NCBI GenBank assembly: GCA_020137815.1
Contig: CM035359.1
Span: 3,224,001 to 3,288,000 of the forward strand
Length of the DNA: 64,000 nt
Direction of reading: 5' to 3'
From: Hormiphora californensis
Lineage: Eukaryota; Animalia; Ctenophora
Part shown: in pieces, positions 38,720 to 49,500 of the stretch
How the letters are laid out: each line of letters opens with the position of its first letter
Numbering within the stretch: the first letter of the stretch is position 1
Notes under the pieces: model-generated
What the model was told of the DNA's origin: nothing
The model's database searches: none
The model's input: the letters and a program-made list of their open reading frames with translations, nothing else
Made by a program: the position numbers and the translations under genes

Positions 38720-40419
38720 CTATGAGATAACACAGCCGCCAGTATTATCTTTAGGTACCATCCCTCCCGTTCGCTTGTCCACCACCTTGATCAGGTCCTT
38801 GAGGCACTGTAGCACGTTTGTATCGTTCTTACATGATATCTCATTGAACTGGCAGGATGAGAGGGTCGCTGCAAACTCAACACCTGTAGTAATCAGAGGG
38901 TAAAAGGGTTTCGTGGCCATAGTACCACTTTTATGAAATCAAATCAAAAATACAGCTATAGTTTAGAGAACGGGATAAGAGCGAATATTGAGCTCAAAGT
39001 GCAGAAAGTTTTTTTGAGTCAAGTCTGAAAAAGAGAAAAATACAATAGAAATCAAAGTCTAAAAACTCAGTTTACTTCATTATACACTTCCATACCTGAT
39101 GCTCGTAAAACTTGTCTACTCTCTTCAAGGTCTAACTTGTTGCCCACCTGATCAGGAAGAATGTATTCGAAGAGATATCTATATGTACAAAAAAGGAGTA
39201 CAATAAAATTGGATAATCTGTAGGATATTATCTCCTTCCGGCTTCAATCAAGGTGGTCAAAGGAAAAACACGGTGATTTTGGATGTGTAACGTACCAATG
39301 CGATGGGTGTTTTCTTGTCCTTCTTCTTTTCAACGATCTCCTTAGCGATGGCACATGCTGCTGTGAAACTCTCCTCACTTGCAATATCGTACAACACCAC
39401 GAAACCTGCATTGAGAAAAAGCTGTTTGGCCTTGCTACGGCGGAGTGGTGGATGTGTTGGGGCGTCTAATTTAAAGATGATTACCTTGTCCATAGGCATA
39501 TTGGGAGTCAACAGTTTTATCATCTCCACTCTGTTCCTGATCAGTCTTCTCTGGAGATGTTGTACCTGTACCGTTCACCTACATTTGAGTTTCAATGTTA
39601 ATACACTAGTTAGAAAAGCTTTGTCGAATTGTTGACTTGAGCCTATCTCTACATTCTCGAAGAAAAGGAAGACAGCTGGTAAAGCTAGCCGACTCATCTA
39701 ACCCGACTTATATACATATCCCGACTTACATCTATCCGGGATCTATCCCGACTTATATCTATCTAACAGGAACCGACCGACACAAGTAAACAACCAATCA
39801 GAACTCGTTATTCAGGTCACGTGACTGGTTATCAGCCAATCAGGGACCAGTATTTCCTGATTCGGTCGGTTCCTGTATCTAACCTGATCACTACCGTTCG
39901 TAGTGGTTGATCGTTTCATGGTTCCACTAATGGGGATCTGCTGTTCTGATGCCTGATCACTCTGTTGGACCTGATCCCTCCCTTCTTTACCCACTGTATC
40001 AAGGATGTTGACTGTGTACTGAATCTGACTGTGATCTGTTACCTGGTCAACCACCTTCCTTCGGTACAAATCCTGTGGAGGTTAAATTTATGTCTTACAG
40101 TGCTGCACTGCTTACAGTGGTGGGATGCAGTAAAATGTCTGAATAATACGGTATTTTTGCGGTGCTTACTAAGCACTTCTTAGCGTAGGGCACAAAGCGG
40201 GATTTTGGGCACCAAAGGGCGGTCGCGTGACCTTCATCTGCAGAACCAGTGAGGCTAGAGAGGAAACAAAACGATGGAGGGTGTTGGTATGTTAGTGTGG
40301 AATTATACCTGTCTGGTGGGGTCATAGTTTTGAACGAATATTCCCTGTATAAGCCGGATTGTGAACGTACTCTTCCCCACTCCTGGTGCGCCAACAACCT
40401 CAATATTGTACTCCTTCAT
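38720..40419 (-). CDS. Divergent Ras/Rap-family small GTPase, ~239 aa, CAAX = CVIS
   Basis: Exons 40309-40419, 39884-40072, 39485-39578, 39296-39405, 39096-39147 and 38720-38883 are phase-compatible. G1 GAPGVGKS, effector loop YDPTRQD, G3 [18 protein letters not shown]4 VGNKLDL, G5 EISCK. Confidence 0.92.
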
Positions 40420-42390
40420 AATTTAATATACTGATCTGGGAGGGCACAGGAATTTTGTTGGCTTGTAAGTTAGTTGGTCCCTATATAGTTGATAGACAAC
40501 AAACTCGGGAATCAAGGACAATCCAGCTGGTTTGGATCCATCGCATCCTATTCTCGCTCCGCGAATAATAGGATGCCGGCCCGTTGAGAGCAAGAACTCA
40601 CGTGCGCGCGATATAAAGCACGTTTTCAGCAGATCGCGCGTGATAGACCGTTTTTGGAGACCTTTTTAGCTGACCTAGCACTACTCAAAGGTCAATTATG
40701 GCCTCATTTCGCATCGTGATGAATCGGCGGGTATTTTCCCATACTCACAAGGCCATGACGATTCCCCCAGTACCCGCAGATTGTCCCAGGACCGAGTAGG
40801 AGCTTGCAGCCAGGTCTTTAAAGAATTGCTCATGTTTAGCGTCAATTTTGACCCACTATTCCTCAAATGCTGATACTCGCGGGTATTTTCCGTGAAACTA
40901 GAGACAATTGTCTGCCAGGAGCAACAAACGAGATGCAAATCGGTTGAGTAGTTCCTTGCAGCCAGGTCTTTGAAAAAGTTTGCTCTAAAATCAATAACGC
41001 GCCGGAGGCCTAGATGTGAGATCGATCTCGGTCGCTGCGCGACCTCGATCTCACTCAGGCATCAATGTGGCCAACCAGCTGGTCTGATCATGTCGTGAGA
41101 GCATCTTCAACACAACATGATTTGATATGAACAACTTAAGTAGTTGGGTGGCATGAACAGCAAGCTCAATGAATAAACAGAACCCTTCAGAACCCTTCAG
41201 AAAACCATATCAAGTACGCGTTGATAGAATTATTGTAGTATATTTTGTATTTGCTCTTGGAAAATGCATGCCCCCTACTATTATAACCGACCATACAATA
41301 AAGCTAAAGGGGTGGGTGATATATTGGCCGGTACAATACAAAACTGCGGAGCAGGACCCTAATGGCAATGTAAAACTGCTGTTAGTACATACATAGCAGG
41401 AAAAGGACTGCACATTCGAGAGGGATATATGGGTTGTTACATGCAATATCTTATTGAGAGAATGAAATACACGGTTGAACAGAGTAAAATGCAAATATGG
41501 TAGTAGTCAGCAGCGTATGGTTCGTAGTTCAAATGTTAAACATTGTTAACATTGACAGCAGCTTATATATCATTCTGTAAAGTACGTATTAGCAGTAATA
41601 CAACGTTAAACCAATTGAAGCCATGCACACAGCATGTACATGTACTAGTACACAGCAACAACGTTGCAGCCAGTGGTTCAGACACGTGGTTGAAGCTGTA
41701 CCACGTGACCAAGTGCTGCAGGCTTGACACCACTGCACTTTCCGAGACTTAATATATTATATACCTCGTGGTATTATAGGTGCAGGTACTGCAGCAGCTG
41801 AGGAGGCAAATTATCCCCCAATGGAACATACAGCTTTATATGTAACACGCGGGTGCTGGCGTCAAATGTATACATACAAGAATGGAAGTCAAGTTGATAA
41901 GTAGATCATAAGAAGCTGAAGTTCATGGTTTGAAAACGCAATCCTATACATGAATATACTCACTTTCATTCGCTATTCCTGATGTACACCAAGTAATCGC
42001 AACAGATTCATAAGACTTGAGATTAGAAGCTGGGTTCTAAACCATCATCAACATTGAATTCCAATTAGTCAGTCAAGTACATCAAGTATATCACTATATC
42101 ATCTCCATCGTTGGAATCTCCCGTTCACCATACAGCTACTTCTTCCATTGGAAATCTGACATGAATCTTAATTAATCTTAATTAATCATGAGTTGATAAT
42201 ATTAGAAAATACAACTTGCTTGAATGGGTGTCATAAAATGCGTCTCTCTTCTCCTCCCATATTCGTGGTATAGTCATTTTTCTCACCTTCGGGCACACGC
42301 AATTTGGGGCAAAATGACACTTTAATTAAAGGAAAAGGGGAGCAGGGACAGAACTGGTTAGAGAGGAGTTGGTCCCTTCCGGTGGAGAGG

Positions 42391-42421
<31 letters not shown>

Positions 42422-42520
42422 GAGAGAGAGAGAGAGACGAGCGAGAGAGAGAGAGACGAGAGAGAGACGAGAGAGTAGAGGAGAGAGAGAGAGAGAGGGA
42501 GAGAGATGAGGCTGGAGAGA

Positions 42521-42556
<36 letters not shown>

Positions 42557-43118
42557 CGGGCGAAAGTGGTAGAAGCATTGCAATTTAGACGGAGCTATTG
42601 CCGTCTCGTCTTGAATTTGTAAAAGGAAATCCTAGGTCTCTTCTGAAACTCTCATCTATTGCAGCTGGTTCTTCATTCTTAAGGATTGTGCTTCATTCTC
42701 AAGGATTGTGCTTCTTCTAAACTTGCTGATACAATCTTGGAACAAGGATTTCTATTGAAGGTAGGTGATCCCCGATTTATCCCCAGGATTTAGGTAGGTG
42801 TGTCGGTGTTATAATAACATCCTATAATTAATACGATTAATTTCAGCAATTCCGGCCTTTATAAACGGAACTACCGAAATTAATCGTATTAGTTAGTAAG
42901 ATACTGGATCTATTATCTTTTTCAGTTTTTCCGTTTTTTCTCCTGTTTCTAATTCTGCAGATGTATACCAGAAAACGGGTGATAATTTCCCGATATCATT
43001 CATCGGAGTTTTCCCTGAATGAAACTTTCCTCAGAAGTTTGAAATTTCATTCTTTTTCGTTGTTTTCAATTGTTCTGTCATTCAAAAACCATTGTCTTAC
43101 ATTAGCTTGGTTTGACTG

Positions 43119-43192
43119 TCAGGCCAATGCTCTGACCATAGTTCTCGCGTGTTCCGAGACGAAACGAGAATGGATCAGGCCAATGTTCTGAC
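43119..43192 (+). repeat. ~70-bp dispersed element with 18-bp terminal direct repeats; copies at 31665-31735 (-), 36911-36970, 52267-52335
   Basis: tcaggccaatg(c/t)tctgac at both ends, shared core gttctcgcg/gttctcgca. Confidence 0.7.
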
Positions 43193-43618
43193 TGGTTTGA
43201 TCACTAATCCATCATCATGCATTGTTCATGTTGCGACACAACAAGTAATCTTTTTCATTTCCTGTTTGGCACGTGAGGTGTATTTTAATTGATATCTCCA
43301 ATTAAGGAATGATTTGTAAACATATCTAGGAGATACGGATCTCAAACGAATTTGTTCTCTCTGAAATCGTATTGAAATATATTTATAGTAATGCACTGTC
43401 CCTATTTAGATCCGATGTTTTCACCCAGATTTACTTAATTGATTTGGTTTGTGTGTGCAATTGTGTCACGATCATGATGGTTCGGTAATTTTTGTGTTCT
43501 CACTGCTCTTTCACTATAACCTCATCATATCACACTGGTTTGGTGTGGTTTGAGCTTGAGTCAATAGCTTGAGTCAATAAAATGTTTCATTACTAGCTAT
43601 TATAGTACCCTAGATTTC

Positions 43619-44892
43619 AAAGTAATACAAGGTTTTTAATTGTTTACTAATAGTTTCATGCTTTCGCAATCGTCAGAACAATGCTTGCAAATTTTAAAAC
43701 GTTCAACTTCCTCTTCGACTCCTTCATCAAACCGTTTGTTGAAGTGATGCCAGGTGTCCTCTCCGGTGGGGACATTTGTTAAGAAGCTCCCCTTTCTTGT
43801 TAATTAGTCCTTTCCTCGTTAATATTGCGAACTTTTCGGCCAGGCATAGAGAGCAGGTGATGTTGCCTGGGCGGTATGGTGGAGCTTTGGCGATGATCTG
43901 CCATGTTATGTCATACGTTATCTGTCTGTCATGGAGGCTCCAAACGAGTTTGGAGAGTTCTGTCGCTGTCCTGTGTTTGTCGTGTCTTATTGTCGCCATG
44001 TGACCATTGAACCTGGTTTTGAATGACCCACCCGTCATTCCCACATATTTCTGTTCTACCCCGTCGCTGTGTTTGATTAGTGCTTCGTAGACTACACCGG
44101 ATTTCAGGCATGTGTTTCCCACAGGACAGTTTTCTGGAATTCTGCAGTTACACAGGCGTTCACTCTGTTTTTCCTCATCCTCCGCTTTCTTGAGTATCGC
44201 TTTGTTGTGAGACTTCACTATCCCGTCCATGTTTATCATACATGAGTACGAAAGTTTTATTGTTTTCTTGTTAAACAATGCGTTGAATGGATGTTGTGGT
44301 GGGAAGTGCAGTCTGACCAATTCAAAGAATCGTTCTCCGATGTTAGTGGCGACGTTCTTGCTGAAGGGTGGATTATACCAGATGATTTTTCTTTGCCTTT
44401 TTCTGTTTTTGGGTTTTCCGGTTCTTCCTCTTTGTTCGTACATTAACTCCTTGCTGTATCCTGCTGTTTTCAAGGCTGCCTGGTATTCCTCTTTTGCTCC
44501 TTCGAATTCCTCCTCGGTACTGGATATGCAGCTAAGGCGTTTTTGTATCGATGCTGGAATGTTTTTTAGTATCGATGATGGGTGGTTGGAAGCACGTTTC
44601 ACGTAGGCGATGTTGCTGTTGGGTTTTTTGTACGGTTTGTAGCTTCCGTTTATCGCTGATAGTGTTACATCCAGTATGTTGACTATCTTTCCTGTTTGTT
44701 CCACTGTTATCTTTAATTGATTGTTTTTGAAGATCTTGTGGAGCGCTTTTGTTATTTTGGTTATCTCAGGACCGTTGCTGTTTTCTACGTAGATTAGGCC
44801 GTCGTCGCGGTACAGTCCACAGTTGCTTCCCTTGTGATTCATTTCCAGGTACTTTTGCACCTGCCCTAGTAGGAAGAGTCCTGTTAGATCCG
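43619..44892 (-). mobile_element. 5'-truncated Penelope-like retroelement (RT C-terminus/thumb plus GIY-YIG endonuclease)
   Basis: ORF 43727-44860 with GLYRDDGL, WYNPPFS, IKLSYSCM, CNC-x5-CP, VVY..YVG..FKTR. Flanked by 10-bp direct repeat cctagatttc (43609-43618, 44893-44902). Confidence 0.93.
43639..43682 (-). ncRNA. Minimal type I hammerhead ribozyme in the Penelope 3' pLTR
   Basis: Minus strand reads auuguu CUGACGA uugc-gaaa-gcau GAA acuauuaGUA aacaau: 6-bp stem I, conserved core, quasi-palindromic stem III, GUA cleavage triplet. Confidence 0.8.
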
Positions 44893-45193
44893 CCTAGATT
44901 TCGAAATCCAGACCTCTGATTGGCTCGTGCACCGAAAAATTGCCAAAAATGAAGCCTGTAAGTGTACATAAATCCCATAATCCATTAAGCTTGTTATAAT
45001 GGTTAACCTTTCTTATATTCACCTTTTATCTTCACATAAAATCCTCGCTCAGATATGTGGTTGGGGGAGATTTTAAAGCTTTGGATCTCCCTTTTCTAAA
45101 AACGCATACTACATGTGTATGTCCACTCTTCCCATTTTGCTGATGTTATAGATTTTACAACAGCTTACTGTAAAGTGTTGAGTGATCTTAGTA

Positions 45194-46032
45194 CAGTCGG
45201 ACCCCGATTTAACGGCCCCCGATTTAGCGGCACCCCGATTTAACGGCAGGATAAATTTCCCCCAAAAATTTTTTGAAAATTTTTTTTTGAAAATTTTTTA
45301 AATTTTTTTGAAGGTGTATCAACCACGTCTGAATCTTTTTTCGAATCGGTGCATCTTATTGCATGTCTTGCCGGTAATTAGACGGTTCGAAACGAACAGA
45401 TATGTGATCCCCATGAGGCCCATCGAATCGCAATTTTGACTTTGTTAAACTGGCCCCATGGGGATCACGTATCGGTTCGTTTCGAACCGTCTAATTAGCG
45501 ACAGGACGTGCGATAATATGCACTGATTCGAAACACGATTCGGACGTGGTTGATATACCTTTGAAAAATTTTCATAACTTTCTTTGCAAAATTTTACAGA
45601 TTGATTGTCAATGCTTTGATCGGTGCTCCCCATGATTTTTCAGAGAAAAAGATATTTTGAAATTCGAATTCTTCCTCACCCCGCTTAAAATGCCCCGATT
45701 CGGCATGGTATCACGTATCGGTTCGTTTCGAACCGTCTAATTAGCAGCAAGACATGCGATAAGATGCACTGATTCGATAAACGATTCAGACGTGGTTGAT
45801 GATTTATAATTTTTTTGAAATTTTTTTAAATTATTTTCTTTTTCTAATCAGAAATTATCATGTAATCAATACATGGACATTACATTTAACACTTAGATGT
45901 GTTTTAGTATAACATTTTGGAAAAAAATAGGGTTTTATGGGCCAAATATGCTTAACCCCGATTTAACGGACACCCCGATTTAACGGACAAAACCCTTTCC
46001 CCCGAGGGTGACGTTAAATCGGGGTCCGACTG
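45194..46032. mobile_element. Tc1/mariner (pogo-like) MITE, 839 bp; shorter relatives at 57289-57443, ~5975-6054 and ~57140-57199
   Basis: ta|cagtcggaccccgatttaacg ... cgttaaatcggggtccgactg|ta, with subterminal ccccgattta repeats. Confidence 0.88.
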
Positions 46033-46588
46033 TACTACCAGTTTCTCCTATAATAAAATATCAATATATTCCAAGAACCGAATCAGGAAACACTGGTCCC
46101 TGATTGGCTGATAACCAGTCACGTGAGCTAAATAACGAGTTGTGATTGGTTGTTTACTTGTGTCGGTCGGTTCCTGTTCAGTATATTCCTTTCTCTGGGC
46201 GTCAACTCAAATTCCATCACTGGCTATTTAGAATTTGAGAGATCGCTTACCACAAAGTATTTAGAACTTTAGAACGTGTTAGAAAAGTATAAACATTTCT
46301 CAGCGGCTGCATCATTTAACTTGTGTCGCTTACGCCATTATATTACATCTCTCCCTAGATTTAATCTATTTATATCCTGTCTTTTCTTGTGTCGATTTCC
46401 GTCAAATTTGCCATCTGCTGCGTCAAGGCATATATCCCATTGTAAATCCTTGCACTAGTAGGTTTTTAATAGTTTCGTTTTCTTTCGTTGGACTCACACG
46501 TATGCAGCAGTAGATGAAGTTGAAAGTTTTGGTTTGTCTCTGATCCGAATTTCAAAGGCCCCCGATCTCGCTGTGAAGTGAAGACATC

Positions 46589-49500
46589 ATGGAACTGTAC
46601 AGCTTTTTCCCGCGGAGTGAGCTGATCACCCAGGCAGCAATTAACTTCCAGTTTAAGAAGCGTTGTCTAGGCTCAGGGGCTGGTGATAATGAGGCTACGG
46701 AAAACAATCGGGATGCGCTCAGGTGAGATAAACATGGGGAGTGAGAATACGGTATCGGTTCGCGCGATTACCGTAATGTAATGCCATTATAACCGTTTTT
46801 TTCACTCCAAGCACCACTGAAAGTTTGGTGCCATGTCACCAAAGATAAAGTAAGACTGGCTTATATTTTCATATATAAATGTTAAACACATTATAATATT
46901 GAACACATACCCCATGCTCCACTGATTATTTGAGACATTTTATACATGTTGAGTGGGAAGACGACACCACGGCGTCGATGGAGAAGAGAGAGAGAGAGAG
47001 AGTTCGTATTTTGTATGCTACCTGGACGCAGATTGATTTTTATATTTTTCTCCGCCTCGATCAAATTTCCTCGCAATTTATTTGCAGCTAGGGGCCAGGG
47101 TCACACGTTGATTGCATCAGCTCTAGCCAGTACTTAGTTTCCAACCATTCGATTGGGAGTCCTTCACCTACAGTTATCGAGAATCTGGCTTTTGTGGTGC
47201 TTTCTGAGCTGATTATACTTATCGTGCAGTACTAATATAATAAGTACCTATCCCATAATAATTTGATCCATTCCGAATCATGTTTCGAATTAGCTTCCAT
47301 ATTGAATGTATCAAGCTAGTAACTGCTACTTCTCGAGAAGAACTGAACACACAGTCGACCTTCCACAATCTTCTACAGAGAGAATTCTCTCTGTAGGTAG
47401 ATTGTGGAAGGTCGACTGTGTGTTCAGTTCATTAAGAAACTGTAGCTGATAAGGCATGAATCATGAAACCGTATTACGTACGCTCATAATCTCTTTTTCT
47501 CTATCTCTTTCTCTCCCTCGGTAATACAGTCAGTGCCTTGTTCTTCGTACTAACATTTCTGTATGACCTGTGTCCTGCAGCAGCTCCTGAGCTGCATATG
47601 CCCTTGTCTAATCCCAATGGCGGGAAACAGTCGTGACCTGACCTGTGAACATCAGGTTCAGTTCACGGCTATTTACCCCTGAGACCTGAGATTTCAGGGT
47701 TATTCTTGGCTATTCCTAGAATATTTCCTGAAATCTCAGAAAATATAGCGGTCACTGGACCCTGAGATCTTAGGTCTCAGAGGTAAATGGCCTTGACTTG
47801 AACCTGAGTTCAGGCACGACTGTTTCCCACAATGGCCAATACCCTTTCTGTGATTATTTTATATGTCATGGTCTGTATGGCGGCGCCATACCCATTTGAT
47901 TCTCAAATTGAGACGTGCGCTCAGATGGGTCGCGGCGCCAGACAGGTCATGGTATACTCGCCGCGATCGGTAGCTCAATTGCCTTCATCTAGGACATGAT
48001 TTTATGTTCTAACCCTATGGCCGCCGGTTCATAGCAAAAAACCGATTCATCTTCCGTTCATTCCGATTCAGTTAGAAATAAATGAGAGGGAGATCAAGTT
48101 GTTCACTGTTCATAGTTCCCTGCAGCTTCCCGTAGCCCCCTTCACTGATTATATTTGTGATACATGGAGAGTGTTGCTTTCTTGTTTAATTATTCTTTGA
48201 AACCACAGAGATCGCATAATGTTTTTGAATAAGTAACGTTACGTGGCAAGAGAAAGATTGTGTTATGTATGCTGAGCATAATGTTTATCGAAGGATGAGA
48301 ATGCCTAATAAGTGGCGTTGTTTTTTCAAGCTGTAGAGAAGAAGAATGAGCGAGAATTATGGATCGCTTTAGGAAAAACAAAGAAGAGAGATATCAAACT
48401 ATATTATATCTACCATATAATAAACTTGTTGCTGTATACAACTCCATATAATGCTCATCACTTCTTGAAGGGGCCATCTAGGAAGGAGCTGAGAGGTTAG
48501 AAGGAGAGCTGCTGTGTTTGTTTTAGCTAGTGCATAGCTCTCCCCCGCGACTGTGTTGTACTCCGTCGTGTTTTACTTGCATCGCATTCCTTCTTTCAGA
48601 CATGGGCATATTCAGGTAATATACTATTGGTTACCATTGGTTACCATTTGTTACTATTGGTTACTATTGGTTACCATTGGTTACTATTAGTTACTATTGG
48701 TCACTATTGGTTACCATTGGTTACTATTGGTTACTATTGGTTACTATTAGTTACTATTGGTTACTATTAGTTACTATTAGTTACTATTGGCTACCATTGG
48801 TTACTATTAGTTACTATTGGTTACCATTGGTTACTATTAGTTACTATTGGTTACCATTGGTTACTATTAGTTACTATTGATTACCATTGGTTACTATTGG
48901 TTACTATTGGTTACTATTGGTTACTTTTAGTTTCTATTGGTTACTATTGGTTACTATTGGTTACCATTAAAATGCTATGTTTGGTATCCATGGTGGCGAT
49001 GAATAAAAGGACTATAACCGACTATTTGATTTATCATAAACAAATTTGACAGTGACGTTGACGATGTAATTTTAAATATAAAAGGGATTCAGGAAGTCAT
49101 ATCTTCCTTGACCCCCATGTCTCCCCTCATCATGCATCCATCCCCACCCCTGACCTCTCTCTCCTCTTCTTTCTCTTTCCTCTCTTTTTCTCTCTTCTCT
49201 CCCTTTTCCCTTTTTCCTCTTCCCCCTCTCACTTCTCTTTTCTCTCTCTCCCACCCTCTCTTCTCCCCTTTCTCTCTCCCCTCTCTCTATCCCTCGCCCG
49301 GGTTGAGTAAGCAACTCATGCTCCTCTCTCCTCGGGCCTTCCTCTCCGATTTCTTCTCTCCCCTACTTTCTTCCTGGTCGGTTTTTTTTTGATTTGTTGT
49401 TTTCTTTCTTTTTTTCCCCCCAAAAATCAAAGGGCTCCTTTTGTTTTCTTTTTTTTTTTTCTTTTTAAAATTTTTTTTTTGTTAACTTCTTCCTTTCGGG

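Noticed and set aside
39257-39529. ORF-track peptide [15 protein letters not shown]... as part of Ras
   Set aside because: Wrong frame for exon 3 plus intron read-through. The phase-compatible frame gives ...DSQYAYGQ|GFVVLY, matching Ras.
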